A stretch of DNA of 63,983 bases, counting the filler, from Asterionella formosa (taxonomy: Eukaryota), in the NCBI GenBank assembly GCA_002256025.1. It is 7 parts of 7 records of this genome, joined end to end, with 100 filler letters (N's around TTAATTAATTAA, not from the genome) between each part and the next. Parts side by side here need not be neighbours in the genome. Positions count along the whole stretch, not along the records: positions 46,148 to 55,263 come from NKIB01011098.1; positions 55,364 to 63,983 come from NKIB01011934.1; 5 more parts are not named here. One strand, 5' to 3'. The notes beneath the pieces are model-generated. The model had not been told where the DNA came from. It was given only the letters and a program-made list of their open reading frames with translations, and ran no database searches. Of the stretch, positions 48,098-59,625 are shown piece by piece. Every line of letters starts with the position of its first letter. The first letter of the stretch is position 1. Position numbers and translations under genes: made by a program.

Positions 48098-51000
48098 CTA
48101 AACCCCAACATTCTTCACCACCACGTCCATGACAGCAACTTCCTTACAGATCTTCTCTAAGTCACTGAAAGGAAAATAACGGTGCTTTTCTCGCAAATCC
48201 ACATTGTGCTCCGGCTGGCCACTGGCACTAGGCTGACCGGGTATTTGTGAAAGGAGAAGTTTCAGATCGGTTGAGCGATTGCTGTACATAGTCTCACCAG
48301 CAAATAGCTGAAGCTCTGTTAATACTGCAGGTTTCAACAGTATCGAGTCACTCTGATCCAGTCGACCACCAGACCCTTTCAGGACCATCAAAGGACCATT
48401 GATTCCTTTAATTGCACTCCCATTAAGTTCGCGATCAATTGAAAGTGTCGCTAGTGATAAGTGAAGCACCTGAGAAAATGGCTTAGCAGATCCTTCAGCT
48501 CTAATGATTCCCTTGGGTCTTGAGCAAAAATCAATAAGGATATCAGCTTCGCGTTCGGAAACAAGTAGGACTTGCCCATTTTGATAGCACACACATGTGT
48601 CTGCCACTCGCAAATAATCAGTGAGTGTCAACACTGATGCTCCTGAAGGGCTTAGCACAGCAGAGAAAAAGTTTCTGGTCCCAAATATACAACTGGACCA
48701 GTTGATTTGATTGATGGTTGTAGGCTGCAGATGGTACTTGATGAAATCTGCCAAATGAATCACTCCAGCATCATCCGGAAGCTGTGAAGGGAGCGTGAAC
48801 AGCGATGCTCTAACATACCAGTCTACTTCACTACGAGGCTGCATTTCAGTTGTTTCCTTTTGTAGTTCCTCTTCACGCTCTCTCTCTAGCTCTCGTTCTC
48901 GCTCACATTCCTCTTCCATACCACCAGATACTCTGACCATTTTTTTCAAGCATCTGGGCTCTCTATTGAAGCTTGGCAATCATAGAATGAGATTCTTTTG
49001 ATTGTCCAATTCCCCTCCCCCCCCCTGTGCGTTCAATGTGATAATTGCTTGCAACTTCGATTGCTACCTTTGCTTCTATATGCTCGTTCAGCTTGGCATA
49101 CATCTCTTCAAGAGAAAGCTTTTCGTCCTCAATACATTTTGTTGGTTTGTGCTTTGTAGTACAATAGAATAGACCCTGATTGGCCCAATCCACAAATCCA
49201 CTCTCATTTGCTGAAACGGTGTTAGCTATAGTCCATGTCAGGACTTCCTTGGCATTAAAAGAATGAGATTTGCAATTCATTCTCATCTCAGCGAAGACAT
49301 CTTGTTGACCAATGATAACAAGTTTCTGCGATCTTCCAATCTTCCTCATCCTGCCAGCTGCTTGCATGAGTTTGTCTTTGCACAAACCAGGTCCGATGGT
49401 TAATAATGCGACTGCAGTAGGTGACAACTTCAAATCTGATCCACGGCATCTTGGCTCATCGAAAATGGCAAAGCATTCATGTTCAGGGATGGATGACAAT
49501 GAAAGTGGTAGGATCTTTCGAAATCGATCCATAATCTTCCACTGTGCAGTATTACCACCTCGAGCCTCTGGGAAGACAACTCCCTGAAACGGAAAGTTCT
49601 TAAGTTGAATAAATTTTGATGCAATATCACAGTTATCATTCCCTGCAAGCAAGGCGCCGGCATCAATGAGCACATGGTACTCCATAATATTCTCAGATAC
49701 CAGAGACAAGATTGCGTAAATGGCTGGTCGTNNNNNNNNNNNNNNNNNNNNNNNNNNNNNNNNNNNNNNNNNNNNNNNNNNNNNNNNNNNNNNNNNNNNN
49801 NNNNNNNNNNNNNNNNNNNNNNNNNNNNNNNNNNNNNNNNNNNNNNNNNNNNNNNNNNNNNNNNNNNNNNNNNNNNNNNNNNNNNNNNNNNNNNNNNNNN
49901 NNNNNNNNNNNNNNNNNNNNNNNNNNNNNNNNNNNNNNNNNNNNNNNNNNNNNNNNNNNNNNNNNNNNNNNNNNNNNNNNNNNNNNNNNNNNNNNNNNNN
50001 NNNNNNNNNNNNNNNNNNNNNNNNNNNNNNNNNNNNNNNNNNNNNNNNNNNNNNNNNNNNNNNNNNNNNNNNNNNNNNNNNNNNNNNNNNNNNNNNNNNN
50101 NNNNNNNNNNNNNNNNNNNNNNNNNNNNNNNNNNNNNNNNNNNNNNNNNNNNNNNNNNNNNNNNNNNNNNNNNNNNNNNNNNNNNNNNNNNNNNNNNNNN
50201 NNNNNNNNNNNNNNNNNNNNNNNNNNNNNNNNNNNNNNNNNNNNNNNNNNNNNNNNNNNNNNNNNNNNNNNTCCTCCTGTAAATCTCGAATCTGTTGGCG
50301 CAGTTGATGAGCTGCCTGTTTCTTTTCAACACTGCTTTCCAATGTGATTCGACGCGTAGGTTGGTATTCAGTTACTCAGCATTGAAAATATCTTGGAGAT
50401 ATACTCTCGAGTACTTCTCTGTTATGAGAAATGTTGCAGCCTGGTTGCTCAAACAAAAGAGTCTGTGGCTAGCCACATGGTTTCTGTCCAAGAAAGATGC
50501 GACTTTTTTTGCCACTTCCCAAGAAAATTTGTCAGATAAAACCATGTGCTGAAGGTCTATGTAAGACAAAGCAGCACCTACACCCGAAAGGACGGAGTTG
50601 AACTTAATTTTGGCGGTCTGGAAGATCAGACAGTATGCAATCCATCTCTCGACTTCGTAATTCAGTTGTCATCATGTCATGCCCACTTTCCACAGGTGCG
50701 CGCCACTTATGGAGCAGGCGTCTGTATTCATCAACTATGCTTTCCAATTTAGTTATTTCATCATCAGAAAATGTGGTGAAAACATTTGTTTCCAGGTCAT
50801 TCATGGCTTTCTTGAATAAGAATTGTTCAATTCCCTTCATTGACGTCCAATTTTTTGGTTCGGTTGGATTCTGTATCAACTCTTTGACCCACATCATAAC
50901 TTCATTGTAGGTAGCCACTGTAAGCTCAGGTGGATCTGGAATAAAACCAATGTTGACCATATTTCTTTCTGAGATGAAATCATCAGAGTCGTCTGATGAT

Positions 51001-52263
51001 GCACTCTGTATCCCTGTGGGAATGCTGAGAATTGGGTTTCGAAACGAGTCAGGATTTCCGAAAACGGTATTCAGCTCAGGAAGCCTATAAGTGGTGGCCT
51101 CGCGTGCTGTCATTAGCTTCACAAGATTCATCACAGAAACATGAATATTTGTGGCCATGTCCAAGAGCCCTTTCAGCAAAGGATCTCTTTTGGAAATCTT
51201 GAGTGCTCTATTTGATGCAAACTTTAGAAATTCAATTGCCCAATCCAACGATAAATACATGGATGCAATTTCTTCTCTCCACTTCTCAAATGGTTGGCTG
51301 CATAGGTGACTAACGTCAGACACAAGTAATTCAGCAACACGAATGTCCAAAAAGATACCTATGTGACGAAAAAGCCTCCCTTTTGTATCCCCGCAGAGGC
51401 TGAGACTCCATTTGAAAAATGCCATAACTAATGTGACACTTGTGTTTCGTATTTCACCACCTGCATGCAAAACCATTGTCAGTGAATCCTCCAACTGAAA
51501 GCTTCTTACTGCAAGGGCAATTTTCACAAGTACACTTGCATTCATTGGCCTGTGAAAGCAAGGCATATATGAAAGCAGGGGTATGTTGGTTGCCTTGCCT
51601 ACCACCAGCTGCAGTTCGTTGCGTATCACGCATTGTCTGGGCCTTAGCAAGATACTCTGCAAAGCGCTTGCGGACATTGGGAAAGTTCGACTCTTCAATG
51701 AGCCCCAAAGCAAGGGCTTGATAATCTGTAGGGTTTCCAATATAAGCATGGCCTGTTGAACCAGGGTAATGCATCTCTAGATTATGGCGATCTAATCCAA
51801 GCACTTGAAGAAAAACAGTCCCATAGAGTGCCATTACCTCCTTGTGGGCTATAATGAGACATCCGTATTTAGGGAAGGAATTGCTGCCAGACAATGATTT
51901 TTTGCTGGGAATGTCACGAAAGAAAGACCCACGGCAGTCCATTAGCATCTGCAATTCCCCATCTTCTTCTGATAGCTAAACAGGGTAGGTGTCTAAATTC
52001 TTGTGGGACCAAAATAGGGAGGTTTAGTGACGTCGGTACAATAGCAAGCAAACGGCACTGCAATTCCAATTCATTCAATTGTTGCACTCTCACCCATATT
52101 GGTTCCATGCATTCCCTAACTATCTCGATATAAGCCTCACATGATTCTTCATTCTGATGTGGTGTAAAAGGTACGTGTGGAAGTGCGTAAATCACAGTCA
52201 GGAGTTTGGATTCAAGCTTCATTTGGTATCAGTGTTGCCCCAGGCTCAAACGCGAATGTTTCT
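48098..52263 (-). pseudogene. Large DUF3638/DUF3645-family protein; gapped and frameshifted
   Basis: VLIDAGALL, DEPRCRGSDLKL, ALLTIGPGLCKDKLMQAAGRMRKIG, EEECERERELERE; several same-strand ORFs in shifting frames; N gaps. The frameshifts could be sequencing errors. Confidence 0.65.
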
Positions 52264-53111
52264 NNNNNNNNNNNNNNNNNNNNNNNNNNNNNNNNNNNNN
52301 NNNNNNNNNNNNNNNNNNNNNNNNNNNNNNNNNNNNNNNNNNNNNNNNNNNNNNNNNNNNNNNNNNNNNNNNNNNNNNNNNNNNNNNNNNNNNNNNNNNN
52401 NNNNNNNNNNNNNNNNNNNNNNNNNNNNNNNNNNNNNNNNNNNNNNNNNNNNNNNNNNNNNNNNNNNNNNNNNNNNNNNNNNNNNNNNNNNNNNNNNNNN
52501 NNNNNNNNNNNNNNNNNNNNNNNNNNNNNNNNNNNNNNNNNNNNNNNNNNNNNNNNNNNNNNNNNNNNNNNNNNNNNNNNNNNNNNNNNNNNNNNNNNNN
52601 NNNNNNNNNNNNNNNNNNNNNNNNNNNNNNNNNNNNNNNNNNNNNNNNNNNNNNNNNNNNNNNNNNNNNNNNNNNNNNNNNNNNNNNNNNNNNNNNNNNN
52701 NNNNNNNNNNNNNNNNNNNNNNNNNNNNNNNNNNNNNNNNNNNNNNNNNNNNNNNNNNNNNNNNNNNNNNNNNNNNNNNNNNNNNNNNNNNNNNNNNNNN
52801 NNNNNNNNNNNNNNNNNNNNNNNNNNNNNNNNNNNNNNNNNNNNNNNNNNNNNNNNNNNNNNNNNNNNNNNNNNNNNNNNNNNNNNNNNNNNNNNNNNNN
52901 NNNNNNNNNNNNNNNNNNNNNNNNNNNNNNNNNNNNNNNNNNNNNNNNNNNNNNNNNNNNNNNNNNNNNNNNNNNNNNNNNNNNNNNNNNNNNNNNNNNN
53001 NNNNNNNNNNNNNNNNNNNNNNNNNNNNNNNNNNNNNNNNNNNNNNNNNNNNNNNNNNNNNNNNNNNNNNNNNNNNNNNNNNNNNNNNNNNNNNNNNNNN
53101 NNNNNNNNNNN

Positions 53112-54232
53112 AAAAGATTTGACCCCCATTACTGTCATTACTGGCTTTCTCGGTGCCGGAAAGACCACCTTTGTCAATTACATCTTAAAAGAACAAAACC
53201 AATGGAAGATTTGTGTCTTGGAGAATGAATTTGGTGAAGTTTCCATCGACGACGGTCTAGGTACGTGGCACTTGCGTAGCGCTTGGTAATAATAGTCGGG
53301 GCACTCTGCTCACAAAACGAACCTCTTGTTGTTGACCTCTTGTGTATTTGAATTCTGCAGTTGCTGAATCGATGGATGCCCCCGAGGACCTTATCACCAT
53401 GGACAATGGCTGTGTGTGCTGTAGTATTCGAGGAGATTTGGTTCGTACCTTGGGCCAACTCGCCAAACGTCGCAAGGACTTTGATGCCATTCTGCTCGAA
53501 ACAACAGGCCTGGCGGATCCTGCTCCCATTGTGTATACCATCCAGACGAACCCAAAGATGAGTGATAATTATCGGATCGACTCAATTGTCTGCTTGGCTG
53601 ACTGTAAGCATTTGAATATTCATTTGGATGACAAGAAACCAGAAGGTTCCATTAATGAAGCCCTTCAGCAAGTGGCATTTGCCGATAAAATTCTCTTGAA
53701 TAAGATTGACTTGGTCACTCTAGAAGAGAAGGAAGCCTTGAAAGCGCGGTTGAAGACCATTAATCGATTTGCAACTGTCATTGAAACGGAAAAGTCACGT
53801 GCGCCGCTGGGGGAAATCTTGGGCCTCAACTCCTTCAACATGGAATCTATTCTTGACTACGACCCTTCATTCTTTGACAATCAGGAGGACACGGTTCATA
53901 ATCTGGAATTGGTGCAGTCGGTTGGTATTGAATTCAAGGGAAACCTCCACGCGCAATGGTTCAACATGTTTATGATGGATTTGCTTCGAGAACGCGCAGC
54001 AGACTTGTACCGTACCAAAGGTCTCCTTAGTTTTCATGGACAGGGAGATACCAAGTTTGTATTTCAGGGTGTTCACGAACAAATTAACTTCGGTCCGGCC
54101 AAGATGGGATGGAAGGAAGGAGAAGATCGAGTCAACAAGTTTGTCTTCATTGGTAAAAACCTGAACCGACAAGAATTGACAAAGAGTTTGATGGAATGCC
54201 TCTATAAAGACGAAGGAGAGGGAAAGAAATAA
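53112..54232 (+). CDS. cobW: CobW/COG0523 (ZNG1-like) metallochaperone GTPase, 5' partial, intron 53261-53360
   Basis: [28 protein letters not shown] and a CobW C-terminal domain (YRTKG, FQGVH, FVFIG). The GTACGT...CTGCAG intron restores the frame. Confidence 0.93.
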
Positions 54233-54432
54233 GGTCTTCTTAGTATTATAATTTGTTGTAGACAAAATTTTCGGATGAAAGACAATATTTCAATAATGGT
54301 TTTCTCTCTTGGTTGAAGCTCCTCTGTTCCAGTTGATAAACTATATTCATCTTCAGTTTGTAACCTGTTTAAAAAGTTGTTAGCTTGTTCGATATTTTTA
54401 CTTTCTTGTCTAAATGTCTAAACCAAAATTAT

Positions 54433-55225
54433 TTATTTTGTTCCCTTTACAGCAAACATGGGATCACCAGAATTCGTTTTCGCCACACTGGCTGCTGTAT
54501 TCATCCAAGCCAAGCCCGAGGATGGATTTGAAAACATTTCTTGGAGTGAAGGTCGTTTGGGTGTTTCGACTCGCACAATCAAGTCCAGTGCTTCCACCGA
54601 CGCCCAGTTGGCTGTATAGTGATAGTAACTCGCAACGATGGTCATGCGGCCAATATCATCGGCCAGCATCCACATGGCTACAGCCTTGGTAGGGAAACAT
54701 CGGTTGGAAAAACTCACAAGAGCGACTCCACCAGGTCGCAATATGCGATGCATTTCTTGAAATATTTCTTTAGGTTTGGTCAAGTAATCAACACTAACCA
54801 CATTGCAAACCATGTCAAACGAATTGTCTTGAAATCTTGACAAGTATGGATCCTTGTTCAAGTCCTGGACGTAATATTCTGTCAATTGTTTATTTGCTTG
54901 CAGTTCTTCTTCGTTCATACCAATTCCTACGACTCGTCCCAAGGGAATAGTATCTGGGAAATGTGAAATCCAGGAACTACAAAGGTCTAAAACGTCGGCT
55001 GGGGCTGATAGTTGTCTATCCTTTTGTTGTGCCAACAGTTCCGTCTTGTAAAATTCCGTGAGAGCCGCAATGGCAGCATCGTCAATATGAGTGACAAATC
55101 GTGGTCTATCGTAAAAGTTTGAATCATCCGTTTCGTCTAGACGCTTCAAATCCTTGGCGGTGTAGGGCCAGTCTGAGCCGCTTCCATCAAAATCAGTTTC
55201 ATCAAATGTACAAATGGAGCGGGCT
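54433..55225 (-). CDS. Class I SAM-dependent methyltransferase (type 11), 5' partial
   Basis: WPYTAKDLKRLDETDDSNFYDRPRFVTHIDD, VLDLCSSWISH, VVSVDYLTKP, SFSNRCFPTKA; likely splice acceptor TTCTTCCAG near 55225. Confidence 0.88.
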
Positions 55226-55263
55226 GGAAGAAATGAAAAAGCAATGTGGCGCTGCTGCTGCTG

Positions 55264-55363
55264 NNNNNNNNNNNNNNNNNNNNNNNNNNNNNNNNNNNNN
55301 NNNNNNNTTAATTAATTAANNNNNNNNNNNNNNNNNNNNNNNNNNNNNNNNNNNNNNNNNNNN
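55264..55363. other. Artificial scaffold spacer
   Basis: N44-TTAATTAATTAA-N44. Confidence 0.98.
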
Positions 55364-55639
55364 ATGTCCAAATCAACAGTGGTAGAGTTGTCATCGCCTT
55401 GTGAATATCTCCGTTTCTTGTTCAAATTACTGCCAGGTATTTCCATCAAGTTCAAAATCTGCTTCGGTATTTTTAAGTGATTGTATATGTTAATCATTTT
55501 TATAGCGCGTTCTTACTAGTCCATTTCTAGGTTTGTCAGTGGAATGGTTGGTGGGTAGTGACTTCCTTGTGCAGAAGTAGGGTAAAAAATTTTTGGTAGC
55601 ATTTTGCTTGAATCATTTCCTTTGAGTGCACTGTTCATG

Positions 55640-58395
55640 TCAGCCAGAGAATTGGATGGCAAGTGTTGATTGGCTGGGCGAAAGATTTTCTTTGTATCCC
55701 CACTCCTTGTTGCTGTCTCTCTTTGGTTTTCTTTATTGTTGATTGATAGTAGGAGCTTACTGATATTTGAACTTTCTCCATGCCTGCCTTTGAAGCCTCA
55801 AATAAATATTTGGCTCTTTCCAAAAACCTGATTTTTTTCCCAATTTTGATTTCAGCAGATCCTCCGGAGTGGTGCTAAAAAATGCTCATCTCTTCGTAAG
55901 ATTTCTCCTTCATGTTGATAATATTTCTTCATCTTTTCATTGTATTCAGATTGTGATGTTAGTTTGTTCTGTCCATTATGTAGCGCCTAGTTCCTTTCAT
56001 GCCATGCTGCTTCCGTGACTTTCCAAAGTTGTGAGATCTCTTGCAAATTGTGAGTAGTGGACTTGGGTCTTGTGCTGAGCTTTGTACCACTTTTCTTCAT
56101 CCTTTGCTCCTGTACCCTCTTAGTGTCAATTTATTTCCCAGAGCGTCTTGTTGGGCAATGGCCTCACGCATGTGGCATTTTGTTGTGAGTGGTGTACCTG
56201 GGGCAAATTTTTGTACGAAACTGTACTGATGTTGCGACATTACATGTTGTAGGTATGCCATCCATACTGAGGATACCCTATCTCCAGTTTTGGACTGTTG
56301 TACTAGGTTTCTAGACATCTGTGAGATTTGGATGTCTCTGTGGTACTTACTACTCTTTGGATGCCTGCAGATGTGCATGTGTTCATTTGCTTCCCGCTCC
56401 CCACAGGGCAAATATGTTTCTATACCCTAGTGCATGATTTGTCTTCTTACCCAGGTTGAGAGCCACCCATGGACATATTTTGTGATCATTGTTTTCGTTG
56501 GACCCGATCGCCCTTTGTATACTGTGGATGGGTTTTCCCAGTCCACTATTTGTTCCCTGTTTTCGTTGTATGTTCCTATAAATAAGCCCTTTATGTTCCA
56601 GATTATATATACTGTCTCATCTGAGCTGCTGTACCTGTGGTGTGGATTCTGGACGTTGCGATGATTGGACTTGCTTGCATCGTCGGTTAATGTGGAGAAT
56701 TTTGCCTTGGTCCCCCGGGCGCTTCATTTGGGCACCTCGCAAGGAAATTTGAGGCCATTGCCTCCGCCACAATGTCCAGTATTGCCGAGGTTGTCAGTTT
56801 ACCATTTACCTCTCTCTTGTTTTGATGTGATTTAATCAGTTTTACCTTCACTAGTGTATGAATGAATTCTGCCAGAAGTGCTGAAACTATGTCTTCATTA
56901 GCCGGGGGACATCCTGTGTGTTTGCTCCATGTTAAAAACCTAACCTGAGCGAAGGCTGCAGCACTGTCTGTCCAAATAGTTACCAATGACGATGTGTCTA
57001 TCTCATGGAACTTGATGAATTCCAGTAGAAACTTCAATGCTGATGCTATTCCAAATAACTCAGCTCGCTCTCGTTGAGCTATTCTGGTTGATATCTCCAT
57101 CTCTACCAGCCCGGAGCAGGCGGCTGTTTGCCTTGGAATCGAACTTCTAGTACTTGTTGTGTGCAGATTCCACGCAAATGAACACCTTGAGTCGGATTCC
57201 ATTAATCTGTCTGTCGCGATGTGAGTTTTGAGACCCAAATGAAATATCTACATAGTCTGCTTCTGGCAGATGCGGTCACGACCATGTTCTTGACTAGATG
57301 AGTCTCCTAGGTTGGTAGTCCTTGCAGTTGTCGCATGAAAGGGGCGCTAAGATCTGGTCTGAGGCTGTCCTCCTTTAATATCCATCATTCTATATGCTAT
57401 ACCTCCTTGGTCATTCACATCACATGGTATGCTGCCCTTTGACTGCGACATTTTTGGTTCTCTGCATGTTTGTTTATTGAATTGAATTGTTCTAGGATCT
57501 GTGGTGGCATTAGCATATGCTTTCCATATTCCCTGTTATTTCTGATATTCCCAGAGAAGTTGCTCGTTCAGTTGGATGTGTGTGAGTCATTCTTGTTTGG
57601 GGTATTTTATCCATTGTCCTAACTGCTGACGCAGAATCACTTTTTAATCTGTTTGTAAGTAAGTTACGTTTTATTGCCATTGTCCATTCTTTTTGTTGCA
57701 GTTTGGTTGGCTTGGCCATTGCCATTTGGTGATCCTTCCTGGTATTCTTGTGCAATCCAAAATTTCTTGCCGCAGTATTCTCCCACCTGCTATTGCAATG
57801 TGTGCCACTATAGTCACTTGTAGATACATTCTGCATGCATTTAATGAAACATTCTGGAATGACAAACCCTTTCTTGCAAAGAGTTGTTGCATAATCATCG
57901 AGTCATCCTGATATTGCTTTTCTGGGCCCCAATGGTTGCTGATCTCAACCATGAATTAATGGGCTCCTAAAAACTTTCTCATATGCATTAGCCATGTTGA
58001 TGTTAAGTACGGAATTACCTCCGCAGTGTTCATCAGTAAGCAAGGGTTCTTTCCATCCCGACTCTAGTTGGCTGGTTCTTAATGCGATGTCCATCATTTC
58101 TGCCACTTCATCCTCTGATGCGTACTTGTGAAATAGGTAATTTTCTGTCGCTCTGATCCCTTGCTCTACACTTAAATCCAACAATTTCAGTACCCCTGAT
58201 AAAATTGGTCTATAGACCACTGCTAGCGGAAATTTTTATTGAAGCCCATTTTCCCCAGACTTGCAATTCTTGCCCTCTTTTGTGCGGCTTCAATTTGTGC
58301 AGATGTCATACTTGTGACTGGTAAGGAGTACGTCATTTGTGCCGCCTATATCCCCCAGTCTGCCTGACTTGTGTCCCTTCTCCACATCTTGTTTG
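55640..58395 (-). mobile_element. 5'-truncated non-LTR retrotransposon with RNase H and C-terminal zinc knuckle, degenerate
   Basis: MGFNKNF-PLAVVYRP...DLSVEQG, LNACRMYLQV, WQWPSQP, RNase H (IATD, RAELFG, WTDS, IKSHQ), and C-GEREANEHMHIC. Confidence 0.85.
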
Positions 58396-58800
58396 ACTGT
58401 GTTTTTTGATGCTAGCATTTGAATACCGGTATTCAAATCCTAATAAGTATAGAACTATTCATTATTGTTTATTTTCATCACTTCGGCAGTTTGAAGAGAA
58501 TAAAGCAAAGTTAGCAAGACATGCTTACTTTGATTTAAAAATTTCTTCCTTTTGCTTTGGACCACCCCTCTATTGCCCCGGTCATTGTCATTTTCTTATT
58601 CAGCCACTTGCCTCATTTTGACATTTTGGCGTTAAGATGAAAATAAATATTTACGTCACTAACAAGTCGTTTTACCCTCGTAAAGCATTATTCATACTTC
58701 GTCCAGTCTACTGTGTACTACAATTGCATGTTACATGTAACAAGGAAGGGCCTTTCTTATCATTCTTTCATTGGTCCTCATTGGTGTAGTATCATCTCCG

Positions 58801-58955
58801 AAATATGATACAAAAATGGCGTTTTTTTTGTGTATCACCAACGGTTCTTTTGGTCTGATCACCGGTGCATCGTGGGTACATCACTGATTTAGTTTTTGGA
58901 CCCCTGACCAATGCTGTATCGATGATACAGCCGTTGATCGCTTTGTATCACATCC
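58801..58955 (-). ncRNA. Candidate ~155-nt structured RNA
   Basis: 15-bp terminal stem and 8-bp inner stem that pair fully (with G-U) only on the minus strand; shares an 18/19-nt upstream motif with the tRNA-like gene at 59207. Confidence 0.35.
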
Positions 58956-59145
58956 GTTGTTGCTGATGAAATAAAATGTGAATTAAATTTTATAGTACAT
59001 TAAAGCTATCCAATAATTGCACTTGTGCCCACCAAATAGATGGACACAATTACTACTGGTTTTATTCGTCCGTACGGTACAACCGGACCTGTCTTTTCAT
59101 CAGCCGCATCACCCGGAACCCTAGGGACTACATGAAAAAGACAGG

Positions 59146-59207
59146 TGGAGAATGCAGGAATCGAACCCGCCATCACAGTGGGTGTGCTTACCACTAAGCC
59201 ATTCCCC
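59146..59207 (-). ncRNA. 62-nt tRNA-Ala-like RNA lacking a normal anticodon arm
   Basis: Acceptor GGGGAAT/ATTCTCC-A with G3-U70, D stem GCTT/AAGC, T arm GCGGG-TTCGATT-CCTGC, A and B boxes, and T5 six nt downstream. Confidence 0.75.
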
Positions 59208-59467
59208 GTTGTTGCTGATAAAATAACTGCAAATACGCAAGCACAACACTACCTTTCAGCTTTGTCAGTCAAACAAGAATCAATAGTCCGCTCATCTCTA
59301 TCATACCTCCTGTCTTCCAACATCGACTATATCTCTATTAATTGGCGCAATGAGCTATAAAAATGGTGGATATAGCTGAAACTTCAGATGCTGCCAATAT
59401 TCCCATTTCGAAAAAGAATCAATGCTGTGCAGCTGATGAGGACCTCAAAGAAATTGTTGAGTTGTCT

Positions 59468-59625
59468 ACTGCTGGTCCAGCTGACATTGACAAGATGGTT
59501 CTTGTTGAAAAGAGGAAACCCCCAACTGCTGGCTGGTACACTTGACATTGAGGCGATGGGTGCACCTGAAAAGAAAATACCTCCAACTGCTGGTATACTT
59601 GACATTGACAAGATGAGTCTTGTCT
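59468..59625 (+). repeat. About 57-61-bp tandem repeat (3 copies), coding-like
   Basis: TAGPADIDKMVLVEKRKPP / TAG-TLDIEAMGAPEKKIPP / TAGILDIDKMSLV, with a frameshift. Confidence 0.65.

Noticed and set aside
17814..54232. Zinc-homeostasis cluster (CDF transporter plus CobW GTPase)
   Set aside because: The two genes lie on different scaffolds separated by artificial spacers.
59060..59105. Hammerhead ribozyme (minus strand CTGATGA...GTCC...GGAC-GAA)
   Set aside because: Eight extra nt separate CTGATGA from stem II, GAAA reads GAAT, and no convincing stems I and III were found.
59146..59207. Canonical tRNA-Ala gene
   Set aside because: Only 62 nt long, with no 5-bp/7-nt anticodon arm and no properly placed NGC anticodon.
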